A stretch of DNA of 25,052 bases. Source: Tubiluchus corallicola (lineage: Eukaryota > Animalia > Priapulida). The stretch spans positions 35,856 to 60,907 of the forward strand of contig JAQGDQ010001124.1 in assembly GCA_030141605.1 (NCBI GenBank). The letters are read 5' to 3'. Under the pieces are notes generated by a model that was not told where the DNA came from, ran no database searches, and saw nothing but the letters and a program-made list of their open reading frames with translations. This document shows, in pieces, positions 10,500 to 22,822 of this stretch (positions within the stretch are counted from its first letter, which is position 1; every line of letters starts with the position of its first letter). Made by a program: the position numbers and the translations under genes.

Positions 10500-12065
10500 A
10501 ATTTGATAAATAAGTCGATCAAGCTCTCTCATTTTCCACAAGAACTGAAACATGCTAATGTATCACCTCTCAATAAGAAGTAAGATAATTTGGATAAACT
10601 TAATTATAGGCTTGTAAACATATATCCAGGCAGACTCATTGCAGACAAAATGACTGATTATTTTAACAATATTTCTCTCAGTTTTTAGAAAAACTTTTGG
10701 TTGCAAGTCATTACTACTAGGATGACTAAAGACTGGAGGCAACAACCTGATGTCAAAAATATAGTTGGCATAATTTTAACAGACTTGTCCAAAGCCTTTG
10801 ATTGCTTACCACACAGGCTGCTTTTAGAAAAACTTAAAGCCTATGGGCTATCAAAAAATACTGTTAAACTGCTTGAAAGTTACTTCACTATGAGGAAACA
10901 AAGAGTTAAGCTTGGACAAGTCCATAGTGACTGGAAAGAAATATTGAAGGGTGTGCCCCAGGGATCAATCCTCGGACCACTCCTGTTCAATACTTTCATG
11001 AATGACTTGTATTATTTCATTAGGCAATGTCAACTATATGGATCTGCTGAAGATAAAACTTTAAACAACTTCACAAAAAATATTGATGATTGTAATTGTA
11101 ATTGTAATTGTAATTGTCCTTAGAATCTGATACAGTGATTTGTGTCTATTGTGCTCAGTATAAAAAATCGTGAGGATATAAGTTTTAATTTTCATGATGT
11201 AAACATTAAATCTAAAACATAATGTAAAGATGTTAGGTGTAAACATAGATATTAAACTTACTTTTGACAATCATATTGAAGAAATCTGCACAAAGGTTGC
11301 TGAGCAAATAAATGCATTAAAAAGGTTGTCAAAATTTCTTAATAAAGATAGCTATATAGCCATTTTTAGTCTTTTATCTCTGCAAATTTCAACTATTGTA
11401 ACTTGGTTTGGCATGCCTATAGTACTAAAAGAACTCGAGAACCTGAAAAACTACAGGAAAGAGCACTTAGATTTTCTATAAAGATTACAATAACAACTAT
11501 GAGCAGCTGTTGTTAAAATTCAATCTACCAACATTGCACCTTGGCAGACTTGGGTCCTTTTTAACTGAGGTATACAAACCGCTTAATAATCGAAACCCTT
11601 CGTATGTTCAAGAACCTTTTATTACTAAACACGTAAATTATGAACTTTGTGACCATAATAATTACAAATTCCTCATGTCAATACTACCACTTATCGCATT
11701 AATTCTCTATGGTACCAAGGAATAAAGTTGTGGAATGGCTTACCTAAAAATATCCAGGAGGCTACTAGTCTAACATCATTTAAAAAACATAATTAAATCT
11801 TGGTATGGTGAAACTTGTAAATGTTCCTTTTGTGCGTATAGTCCTGTCACATGAATAACTGATAATTTTATGTTTGTGAGTAGTGCCTAAAATTAATTGC
11901 TGTCATAATTTTAATGTTCTGGTCATTATATTTTTATTTAATTCCTATTTTAAAGACATCATTTTACTTTATATGTGTCGATTATAGTAGTTTCGGCTAA
12001 TGTTCTCTGTTTTAAACATCGACAATAAATAAAATGTCTTATCTTAGCTTATCTTATCTTATGTT
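10500..12065 (+). mobile_element. 5'-truncated, degraded CR1/L2-group LINE (RT pseudogene)
   Basis: FPQELKHANVSP, DLSKAFDCLPH, GVPQGSILGPLLF and LGVNIDxKLTF motifs; catalytic YADD decayed to SAED; frameshifts; ends in AATAAA plus (TCTTA)n. Confidence 0.92.
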
Positions 12066-12347
12066 CTATGTTATTTACGTCGTACTATCTTAAGTATGTT
12101 TACTATTTTAACTATGCTGGCATAATTAATTTTATTACGGCCCTCTCCGTTTTTAGGCAGCTGTAATTAAGGCTCATTAAATTTTCAGGTCTTGGTATAG
12201 AAACATAATTTTTTGCAGCTTTCTTGAGATGCCCACGTATAAAGCTGTAAGTTAACGGAATCTTCACACTGATGATTGTACTAGTGTTTCTGCCTTTACT
12301 AAAATCAGCTTCAGCTTGATGATAGCAATTCTCATAATTATTTCCAG

Positions 12348-12425
12348 ATATAGATGAATGTGTGTCAAATCCATGTGAAGAAAACGAGGTTTGTTCAAAT
12401 ATTGAAGGTGGATTCTTATGCTCAC
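12348..12425 (+). CDS. cbEGF-repeat gene, exon E1 (four-cysteine EGF module)
   Basis: tttccAG|AT...C|GTGAGT; 78 nt, phase 1-1; DIDECVSNPCEENEVCSNIEGGFLCS. Confidence 0.85.
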
Positions 12426-13084
12426 GTGAGTATAATCTAGCTATACAATATACACACTATATAACTATTCCCTACGTCTTCTTGAGAACAATTTGTATTT
12501 CCGTATAATATACAGCTAGTGTTTTCACTTTCCAGCAGTCACTGCTGTCAGGCTTCATTGACTGTCACAGTTATTAAGACTGTGACATGGTGAAATTTTG
12601 TAGGGCATGATTTTGCGTAGTTTGCTACGGAAATGCTAACGTGAATCATTTAGGTTTATGATCACTATTTTACTCCTTATAACTGTGACGGATTACGAAT
12701 GTTGTGGCGTGTGCAGTGACCGCGCTGCAACCAAAAATTATACTTGACATGCTGAAGCAACGAAAAACGAGATTTATTTAAAGATTTCTACCACTGATGG
12801 TGATTACGTCACTAACATGTTTATTTTAACTTTCAAATTGAAATGTCCTTATTGAAAGGAGATTTCTAATTTACATTTCAACAAAGTTCAGCAACATTTT
12901 AAAATACACAAGAAAATGAAATACATTAATGCAGAATTTAAATGACACAGCAATTTATACAGCCTAGGGTAATGGAATAGGTTAAAGGAACCAGCTTGCT
13001 TCCTTTATGTTTGAAAGCGTTATGCTTCCACGTTGGCATGTTTTGAACAGTATCGTTAATTCGAAGATCACGTCTGAGTTAGGA

Positions 13085-13380
13085 GACGTGAGGAGTGTAT
13101 TTAGGCAGTCTTGCAGCACCTGATGAGATATATCAAAAAGAAAAATCTTACCACTAGCTGCATATACCAAATTTAAAAAAAATTGAAAGTAAGACAACCG
13201 GTCTACAAATAAATTGGGAATCTTTAATGTACCTGTGGAAATTGTATTTCTCTACAACTCAGAATTGTGGATAATCAAAGCCCATCAGAAATAGATGCAT
13301 TTCAAAGAAGAAATTACCGGAACATTCTGGAAGTAGAATGGACAAAGAAAACATTAAATCAGGATCTGTATCACAACGTT
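13085..13380 (+). mobile_element. RTE/RTEX-like LINE remnant
   Basis: YLGSL..., KLGIFNVPVEIVFLYNSELW, IDAFQRRNYRNILEVEW; homologous to ~22540-22822. Confidence 0.65.
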
Positions 13381-13474
13381 AATAATTATAATAATAATAG
13401 CATTCATCTCAAAAACCTTTATTTTTTCCTTAAGCTTTCATCCTTCATGGACTTTGGCAGCTGTTTGGTAGATA

Positions 13475-13911
13475 TACAATAATAAAAATCGTAAAATTAC
13501 ATGTAAAAAACTACAGACAAAACTACATGTAAAGTGTAAATATAGAATAACAATAAAACCAGAGATACCAAATTCATTGAGAAGCTATATTAAAAACTAA
13601 AGTAGAAAATAGATTTATAGTTTGATAACAGCTACAGTAGCCAAAATGATCGTCACTCAATAAGTATCGCAAATTAGTAAAACAATACAATTACTAATTA
13701 AGAAAAAACAAAATTGAAATCCGTGCAGGCTGTCTTTCCGGTATGCTTCTCAGCAGTTTTGTTCTGATTTTGTTTTTGTAATTAGTAATTGTAATCAGTT
13801 TTTTTAATTTAGTTTTTAATACAGCTTCTTAATACCCCTTACTTTAATGTCATTGTATACTTACCATTTACATGTACTTTTTCTGTAATTTTTATGATTT
13901 TTATTATTGTA
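13475..13911. repeat. Long imperfect inverted repeat (fold-back)
   Basis: Three arm pairs: TACAATAATAAAAATC/GATTTTTATTATTGTA, AGAAGCTATATTAAAAACTAAA/TTTAGTTTTTAATACAGCTTCT and TACAATTACTAATTA/TAATTAGTAATTGTA. Confidence 0.8.
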
Positions 13912-14269
13912 CCTTTAACCTTATAGCTAACTAACTACTTATACTAACTAATTTAGCTGCACACGTCTGTTGTAAATATTTATGTTCAAATGAATGATGA
14001 TGATGATGATTGCTGCCTTGTCAGCTCTATGTGCGCAGCCAGACATAAGAGAAGCAAGATAATTAACCTGTGATCTAGGCTGTACGAAGTTATTGCTTTT
14101 AATTTTTCAGTAATTTTTTTCATCATATTACAGATTTAAATTTTTTGCTGAACGTATTGAAATGTAAATATGCAATATTTTATTTCAGTAAAGGTATGTA
14201 TAATTTAGATAAATATAGAGCCATGCGAATGCTAATTGGACTAGTAAACATTAAATTATAAATTTGTGT

Positions 14270-14770
14270 GTGTGCTTATGCTTTGTGTCCAACTCCTCCA
14301 GGACTGCACCATTCAAAATAGATCTTGTAGTAAGACTTATGACTTTTCTGCTACCGTATGAGCACAGACATAACTAAATGATTACAAATTAGGTACTGTT
14401 CTATTCAGGATAATCTCAGCTATCCAATCATGCTATCTCTTTAAACATTTATAAGTGATTTAATTAGATTAAATTAAGAAAAACACGCCCTCTTCAGGCA
14501 CTCCAACTTAGCCTATTGAATAGCTTAGTCTGGTGTACACTTGCTAAATCTTACACAATAATTTATTGATCACCTCTTTGCTGCAGTCAAAGCTGTGCAG
14601 TGTTCTGCTGCTATTCCAGGAAATACCAACTGATCAGCCAAGGAGAAATCAAGGTCGTTGCATCTTCTAACAGGAATTTCTCCTTAAAAATAGATTAGAT
14701 TTGAGGCCAAAGTGTATCAGAGTGTTGTGTCTGGATAGGTGAAATTTTCTGCATTAGCCCATTTCACAAA
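14270..14770 (-). mobile_element. Possible highly decayed CR1-like LINE remnant
   Basis: Faint minus-strand peptides (RSILEWCSP, LIHFG, YKCL) resembling the CR1 ORF2 C-terminus. Confidence 0.3.
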
Positions 14771-15086
14771 GTGATACTGTACCTTGTTACGGTGCAAACA
14801 CTGCAGTTACTGAAAGGTTTTCTTTCAATTTTTTTGTCAAAATTCGGTTTTTATTTCATCTAAGGTAAGCAAATGCATTTCATATATAATTTTGCATGAA
14901 AATCCATTGTGTGAGGAATAGAAACCTGTAAAAATTATCAAATATAACACAGTCATTGCTTAGTGAAAGCAGTTTTTCATGAACCCGTGCAAAATGTAGC
15001 AATTGCTTACGGTCCTGAAGGAGTTGAATAATCTGTTATAAGCAAAAAAATATTTTTTTTCTAATTTGAAAATTTAAATGTTTTAG

Positions 15087-15221
15087 CCGACATAAATGAG
15101 TGCGAAACAGACAACGGAGGATGTCCGGAAGATTCCACGTGTGAAAACTACATCGGAGGATTTCGCTGTTTATGCGACACACCCGGTTATGAAACACCTG
15201 GTTTTGGTGAACCTTGTGCAG
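15087..15221 (+). CDS. cbEGF-repeat gene, exon E2
   Basis: ttttAG|CC...G|GTGTAA; 135 nt, phase 1-1; PDINECETDNGGCPEDSTCENYIGGFRCLCDTPGYETPGFGEPCA, six Cys with the calcium-binding consensus. Confidence 0.92.
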
Positions 15222-16246
15222 GTGTAAATTTCAATATTTTGTATCAAAATATTTATCATGTTACTGTAATCAAGAATAAATGTGTTTTATGGCGATGCGG
15301 TAAATTTAGTACAAATAATAGTCTTTCTCTCTTTATATCATCCCATATATGAGCTTCATTCATTACATCATTCCATTTTAAGCACTAATGTTTTTTTTTA
15401 TCACGATTCACTTTAAATTTTCAGATTATCTCCATTACTTTTTTTCTATCATTGTGGGACAATCTAACAAGCCCTGTTTTTTGACTGCCCGCAACACATT
15501 TACATTTGTATATAAGTGAACAGTGTTTGAGGCTTTTCCTGTGCAGTATTTCTTATTTGTATTATATCCATTGTAGGCCCTTTCACTAGATATTGTATAT
15601 GAAACTATTGTAAATGTGTAATGTGAAATAAATGACTTATGACTAAAAAAACAAAAAAACTGAATAACAGTTTGAAAAGTGCTTTTGGCTTGTGGCAGAG
15701 GCGAACAAGATATAAGTTTCTGTAATTTATGTTACAAATTTTTACCTGTAAAGTCTCCATGTAAATTGTCATTAATAACTTAATATTATTTTGTAAGTAC
15801 TTTTGTAGTACATTCATATGATATAAATTTTAGCTAAATTAGTTGCTCTCAATAAGTGGAAAGTTTAGAAATAACGTGATGGAAGTCTAAACCAAATTTA
15901 TGCAAATGGTGCCTAATGTAATCTGCATCCTTCATATCGTCAAGGAGTTTAAGGATATGAAGAGTCAGAAAGCTTTAAAAACAGCAAGTCTTGAATTTGT
16001 TTTGATTTAGATGACTTTTCATATCGTGCCCCATTTTGAAGTACGGTAAAAAGTAAATATTTTAATATCTATACAAATGCCATAACATTTCTGATAGTTA
16101 AATAATAGGTTAAAAACTTTATTAACAAAGCGCGAGCCCAACTATTAATGATGTCTTAAATAAACATTTTTAAACAGCACAAATATAGCACGAGCGTGTT
16201 GTATATGTTTGCAAAAATGGAAATTGTGCTACTGTACAACATTCAG

Positions 16247-16386
<140 letters not shown>

Positions 16387-16688
16387 TACAAAAACGAATG
16401 CGAACGTACGTTTCTGTTGTAAAAATTCTTTCATATAAGTCATTCTAGAAAAAAAACAGTACGTCCCCTTTCAAAATTTTATAGGGTAGTGTGTTTTGAG
16501 CTACAGTTTAAAATTGGGTCCGCTTTTGTTTTAATGAATGCAGCATTATAGCAAAGCGAATTGTTGTCAAGACAAACCTGTTCTGACTTGAGTTTCGACA
16601 TCGTAATAGAAAATTGCTCAAAGGCCTTAAAATCTGTTACTTTTTCATGCAAAGTATAACCACGGTTTCCAATTTTCTTGAATCAAAT

Positions 16689-17027
16689 TACTGTCGACCC
16701 TCGTTAAACCGGACCCCGTTAGCCCGGATATCGGATATGAACGGACGTCATCCGTGGTAAAGGAAACTGACCGATTTCCGTCCGACCCGGAGCGCTAAAC
16801 ACAACACGGCCTACCAACTGTACAATAATTTCTTTATCCTCACAGGTTAACTATTTTAAAGTAATATACAGTATAGTATATAGTGCATAGTATATAGTGC
16901 AATGTATATAGGCCTTATTCCTGTATAATATAGACCATATATAGGCATATCGGATGAATCGGACAATCGGCTAAACCGGACCACCCACCCACCCCCAATT
17001 AGTCCGGTTTAACTAGGGTTGACTGTA
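16689..17027. mobile_element. Tc1/mariner (pogo/Tigger-type) MITE with TA target-site duplication
   Basis: TA-CTGTCGACCCTCGTTAAACCGGAC ... GTCCGGTTTAACTAGGGTTGACTG-TA; 24-bp TIRs with 21/24 match. Confidence 0.88.
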
Positions 17028-17192
17028 ACGTCATTGTTTCGCCATAGTATTGACAGTTTACTGTCTGTATAAAAAAATCAGGCAGTACTTATCAAGGTGA
17101 AGTTTTTTGTATCTCTGCTTCTCATGTTGCATTATATGAAACGATAATTGTATTCATGACTACATTAGTGAAGCATCTGCATTAATCTTTAG

Positions 17193-17315
17193 ATATAGAT
17201 GAGTGCGTACAAAACGTTGAGCTGTGTGATGAGAATGCTGAGTGTCGCAACACCGACGGCAGCTTCTTCTGCGAGTGCGATGAATTCTACAGTGGAGATG
17301 GCCTGACGTGTACAG
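17193..17315 (+). CDS. cbEGF-repeat gene, exon E3
   Basis: ctttAG|AT...G|GTAAGT; 123 nt, phase 1-1; DIDECVQNVELCDENAECRNTDGSFFCECDEFYSGDGLTCT. Confidence 0.94.
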
Positions 17316-18850
17316 GTAAGTTCTCTGCCTGTATAGAGAAATTTGCAGTAGTTTAAAAACATAATATCTCATCTCAAGTATAATGTGAATAAGATCAATG
17401 TCATTTTGAATTCTCTTTGTTACGGAGCATTGTTAAACTGAGCTTATTTTTCTACATTTTAACTGCTCATTTTTACAAGTTGATTTCGCAAAATAATATC
17501 AAACGGATTAAATATTACTTTCAGTTTTTGCTCACCAGGTGGCGTACGAAGTTTTGCTCCTTCGGCATGTTATATCTAGCACCAGTTTAATTTGCAAGGT
17601 CTAACTGTGAATTTCCTGTGGTAGTACCAGTACCTAACTGTTTTTGGTCTTAGTACAGACAAGTAACATGAGCATAATTCTGTTATTATACCTTGTGCAA
17701 ACTCCTTTTGTAGGTGTCAAATTTTATAATTAGGAATTGTTCTGTAAAATCGTCTCTGATAATTAAATGGTTACTTACTTATAAATGAATAATTACTTAA
17801 TTAACGGCGGGCGAACCCAACTAGTGATAACATCACAAACTAACATAATTTTCAACGGCAAAAACATTTCGTCAGCGTGTGTGTTGCACGTGTTTGCGAA
17901 AGAGAAAATTGAAGTGCAGTGCTGCTGTAAGATATTCATTGTGTTGTGCTACAACTAGGCAAATCTTAAGATAAAAATTCCAATTTCAAATTTACCGCTG
18001 TACTCACGCGTGAGCTGTCGAACGTGTGTAGTTCATCACAAACTAACACAGCTGAAGTGAGAGGTACAACAGCTGTTTTTTGTGTGATTCATTTCTGAAA
18101 TGCAGATGCTAGTGCCTGTCTAACTAGCGAATGGCGAAATGCATGTAACAACGAAGAACTAGTGTCGCGAATGCGAAATTGTGTTTGTGTGGTAATAATT
18201 CTTTCACGCAAGTCATTTTTGAAGAAATATTATGTTTCCTTTCAATATTTTAAAGAGTAGGTTATTTTGACCTTCAGTTTAAGATTGAGTCCGGCTTTGC
18301 TTTAATCTTTCATGTGCGATGTGCTTGAACAGTAGAGGTGAGCTTTCTCTGTCAGATTTTCATTTCTAATCTTTGTGCTTTTCACATGGCAAAATGAATT
18401 TGTTTGACAGACACCAATAATGGCAGTGTGAAAGTCATGTTTGAGGTTGTAGTTGAACACTTTGCAGAAAAAGAATAAAACACTGTACTACATATCTGCA
18501 CAAAACGGAAAAACGTACACACATGTAGCACGACTGCACTGCACTGAGAACGTGACAGAGAGTGACTAGAAGTGAAATCTAGTCAGTATATATAGGTATA
18601 GGTAATTATGCAAACTTGGCTTCACAAAAACCATTACAATAAAATAGGGAGAGATCCAGTGAGTATGCATATTCACTGCACCAAACAATTATACTAGGGG
18701 TGAGTTTAGCTAGTAAAATGTAAAGGGATTAGTCAATAGATGGCAGCACCTAAAAATATACAGTTACAATTTCCACAGGCAAGTTTTACCGTGATTGCTA
18801 ATGACTGTATATTCTGTGGTTACAAATAAAGAGTTTGATTTGAATTTTAG

Positions 18851-18943
18851 ACATTGATGAGTGCACCAGAGGAAGCCCTTGTGCAGAGGATGAGGAATGT
18901 GAGAATTTGATTGGAGCTCCTGGCTTTAGATGTCATTTGATAG
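18851..18943 (+). CDS. cbEGF-repeat gene, exon E4 (four-cysteine EGF module)
   Basis: ttttAG|AC...G|GTAAGG; 93 nt, phase 1-1; DIDECTRGSPCAEDEECENLIGAPGFRCHLI. Confidence 0.88.
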
Positions 18944-19334
18944 GTAAGGACTAATTACTTGATTTGAAAAGATTTTTTTTTGATAAGATGGCGCATTCAA
19001 GTTGAGACATTTGATAACTTTCATCAACAACTGAATTACTTATTTGGAAGTAGGAACATCAGCAAAATGTTTGCCGTGAATAAATTGTACTTAATTTAAA
19101 ATTCTTAATTGTCAAATTGTACAGTTGTGAATGCTCCGGCTGAAGTAGTATTCGTAAGTCGCCCCTTGCTAGTGTAGAAATTTCCAGTTACAAACTTGGA
19201 ATGTTTTTGTAACTCGCCACTAGATGGCAGACAAAAATTCACTTTTTCGTTTTAGCTGTAGTTACAGAAACACTGTCAACAGAGGTTAGTACCACTGAAT
19301 GCTTCATTGTAACATAATTAGTACATAAATGTCC

Positions 19335-19619
19335 CACATATCCCATAAAGTGGATTAACCTGACTGTTCAGAGCACAGGTGAGTAAAACAGACAGGTGAC
19401 TAGCAGGTAATAAACAGAAAAACTGGCCAAAACCAAAAGCTTTACATTCCCGCCACAGATGGCGCCTCGTGCACGTCTCACACATCCCATAAAGTGGATT
19501 AACCTGACTGTTCAGAGCACAGGTGAGTAAAACAGACAGGTGACTAGCAGGTAACAAACTGATAAACTGGCCAAGACCAAAAGCTTTACATTCCCGCCAC
19601 AGATGTCGCCTTGTGCACG
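19335..19619. repeat. 145-bp tandem duplication (2 copies)
   Basis: CCCATAAAGTGGATTAACC begins at 19341 and at 19486; the copies are near-identical. Confidence 0.95.
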
Positions 19620-20239
19620 AATTTGTAAGCAAGATTAACAAAAAAGCTAAGTCTACTACACTAGCATATAGCATTACCGCAATGCCCAGCCAGCATATAT
19701 AACAGTGCATGCGCTGTTAGAAGCTACAGCAGGACAATGCATATAGGGGTTCGTGTATTACGAACACCATGACAACCTTATTATTCAACATTATTCAATT
19801 TTTTTACAAATATCTTTAGCACACCAAAAATCCACATTTAACATTTGCACAAGTAACCTTTTCTGGTTGAAGATGCTGGTTGTTTTGTGGTCGTAGATAA
19901 TTTAAAAATTTAAGAAATATCTGCTAGTACCACATGAAATATGCGTCATTTACAATGCAAAACAGCGTAAAATATTTGATACATTTTGTGAAAATACACA
20001 AAGCCCAGAAATGATCTCGGCACGTCTTAATAGATCCCTTTGCTGTTTTTACCTGCAAATGCTCAATTGTAACAAAATTAATGAATATTGTTTAAAAAGT
20101 AAAATTTCTCAATGGTCGCAAGTTAATCAGGCACTACAGTGAAACTTGTAACTGTAACGGCAGACTGAGATATGAGTGTAGTAGTTTTAAAACTTTAATA
20201 AAACGTATACAATTTTTATTGAGAAATTTTAACAGCATA

Positions 20240-21460
20240 GTGTACAGTAAATTAGTACAGTGTAAAACAAATTAGTACATTGTACAGTGAATTAGTACAG
20301 TGTACGGTGAATTAGTACGTTGTACGGTGAATTAGTACAGTATACGGTGAATTAGTACAGTGTACGGTGAATTAGTACAGTATACGGTGAATTAGTACAT
20401 TGTACGGTGAATTAGTACAGTATACGGTGAATTAGTACATTGTATGGTGAATTAATACAGTATACGGTGAATTGGTACAGTATACGGTGAATTAGTACAG
20501 TATACGGTGAATTAGTACATTGTACGGTGAATTAGTACAGTATACGGTGAATTAGTACATTGTACGGTGAATTAGTACAGTGTACGGTGAATTAGTACAT
20601 TGTATGGTGAATTAGTACAGTATATGGCGAATTAGTACAGTATACGGTGAATTAGTACATTGTATGGTGAATTAGTACAGTATACGGTGAATTGGTACAG
20701 TATACGGTGAATTAGTACAGTATACGGTGAATTAGTACATTGTACGGTGAATTAGTACAGTATACAGTGCATTAGTACTTTGTACGGTGAATTAGTACAG
20801 TATACGGTGAATTAGTACAGTATACGGTGAATTAGTACATTGTACGGTGAATTAGTACAGTATACGGTGAATTGGTACAGTGTGCGGTAAATTAGTATAG
20901 TGAAGAGTGAATTAGTACAGTGTACGCTAAATTAGTATAGCGTACGGTAAATTAGTACTGTATACAGTGGATTAGTACAGTGTACGGTAAATTAGTATAG
21001 TATGCGGTGTATTAGTACAGTGTACGGTAAATTAGTATAGTGTATGGTAAATTAGTATAGTGTACGGTGAATTAGTACAGTACCGCTAAATTAGTATAGT
21101 GTGCAGTGAATTAGTGCAGTATACAGTGAATTAGTACAGTGTACGGTAAATTAGTATAGTGCACAGTGAATTAGTACAGTGCATGCTAAATTAGTTTAGT
21201 GTACGGTGAATTAGTACAGTATACAGTGGATTAGTACAGTGTATGGTAAATTAGTATAGTGTACAGTGAATTAGTACAGTATACGGTGAATTAGTACAGT
21301 GTACGGTAAATTAGTATAGTGTACAGTGAATTAGTGCAGTATACAGTGAATTAGTACAGTGTACGGTAAATTAGTATAGTGTACAGTGAATTAGTGCAGT
21401 ATACAGTGAATTAGTACAGTGTACGGTAAATTAGTATAGTGCACAGTGAATTAGTACAGT
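20240..21460. repeat. 20-bp minisatellite, about 60 copies
   Basis: Consensus GTACAGT(G/A)TACGGTGAATTA. Confidence 0.98.
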
Positions 21461-21479
21461 TTGAACTGATTCATTTCAG

Positions 21480-21602
21480 ATCGAGATGAATGTGCACTGA
21501 ATATAGATGACTGCAGTCGTAATGCTGAATGCACTAACACAGATGGCAGTTTCACTTGCGAATGTTTTCCTGGTTTTACTGGCAGGGGTGTACGATGTCG
21601 TG
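21480..21602 (+). CDS. cbEGF-repeat gene, exon E5
   Basis: tttcAG|AT...G|GTAAGT; 123 nt, phase 1-1; DRDECALNIDDCSRNAECTNTDGSFTCECFPGFTGRGVRCR. Confidence 0.94.
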
Positions 21603-22308
21603 GTAAGTACTCGCAGTGTGAATTCCTTTCCCAAGATTTCTGCTATTGCTAATTGCTGAATGCACTAACACAGATGGTAGTTTCACTTGCGAATGTTTTC
21701 CTGGTTTTACTGGCAGGGGTGTACGATGTCGTGGTAAGTACTCGCAGTGTGAATTCCTTTCCCAAGATTTCTGCTATTGCTAATTGCTGAATGCACTAAC
21801 ACAGATGGCAGTTTCACTTGCGAATGTTTTCCTGGTTTTACTGGCAGGGGTGTACGATGTCGTGGTAAGTACTCGCTGTGTGAATTCCTTTCCCAAGATT
21901 TCTGCTATTGCTAATTGCTGAATGCACTAACACAGATGGCAGTTTCACTTGCGAATGTTTTCCTGGTTTTACTGGCAGGGGTGTACGATGTCGTGGTAAG
22001 TACTCGCAGTGTGAATTCCTTTCCCAAGATTTCTGCTATTGCTAATTGCTGAATGCACTAACACAGATGGCAGTTTCACTTGCGAATGTTTTCCTGGTTT
22101 TACTGGCAGGGGTGTACGATGTCGTGGTAAGTACTCGCAGTGTGAATTCCTTTCCCAAGATTTCTGCTATTGCTACTTGCTGAATGCACTAACACAGATG
22201 GCAGTTTCACTTGCGAATGTTTTCCTGGTTTTACTGGCAGGGGTGTACGATGTCGTGGTAAGTACTCGCAGTGTGAATTCCTTCCCAAGATTTCTGCTAT
22301 TGCTACTT
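21523..22308 (+). repeat. 6 x 131-bp tandem array of the exon E5 3' part, donor and intron start
   Basis: TGCTGAATGCACTAAC starts at 21523, 21654, 21785, 21916, 22047 and 22178. Confidence 0.97.
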
Positions 22309-22539
22309 GGCAGCAACATGCCACTGTGTCTACGTACAACAGAGTTAGAACTCAAATATACTAATCATACGAAATAGCCTACTACCACAGACCTGTAATA
22401 TGACTACAAGGATAGCAAGAAGCAACGACGAAATAGGCAAGATCAAGATAAAAAAGAAACAAAACCAAAATAAATGGCGTCCAAATTAAACAAAAATAAT
22501 ACAGAAGAGTACAACATAAAAAGGAGTGGAGGTGATGTA

Positions 22540-22822
22540 TGAAGAAAATGTAAATATCTAGGCAGCCTTGTAGCAATAGATGAAGGTACATCAAAAAGAA
22601 AAATCTTAGCACGAAAAGCATGTTAGAAAATAAAAAGAATTTGGAAGTAACAGGATCGATTTAGAAATGGAAACCTTTGATGAAATTGTGAAAATGAGTT
22701 GTGTTTCTCTACAACTTGCATTTATGGACAATCAGAGCACAACACAAATCAGAAATGGAATCATTCAAAAAAGAAGCTAGAGGAACATTCTAGCAATAAA
22801 ATAGCCAAATGAAATATCAAAC
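22540..22822 (+). mobile_element. RTE/RTEX-like LINE remnant (same family as 13085-13380)
   Basis: KCKYLGSLVA...SKRKILA; shares TCAAAAAGAAAAATCTTA and TTTCTCTACAACT with the 13.1-kb copy. Confidence 0.6.

Noticed and set aside
10701-11725. Functional reverse transcriptase, retron or DGR-type system
   Set aside because: It is a frameshifted LINE RT with a decayed catalytic motif (SAED) and an internal (GTAATT)n expansion; there is no template/variable repeat pair.
13152-13233. Possible minus-strand leader exon (…FQFFLNLVYAASG|GTAAG) for the Ig gene
   Set aside because: There is no in-frame ATG, and the plus strand is better explained as an RTE-like LINE remnant.
19318-19710. 130-aa Cys-rich ORF with an internal repeat
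   Set aside because: It is a by-product of the 145-bp duplication, with no domain pattern and no splice support.
21654-22308. Dscam-like mutually exclusive exon cassette
   Set aside because: The copies lack the exon 5' part and a productive acceptor, and they are near-identical, so they add no coding diversity.
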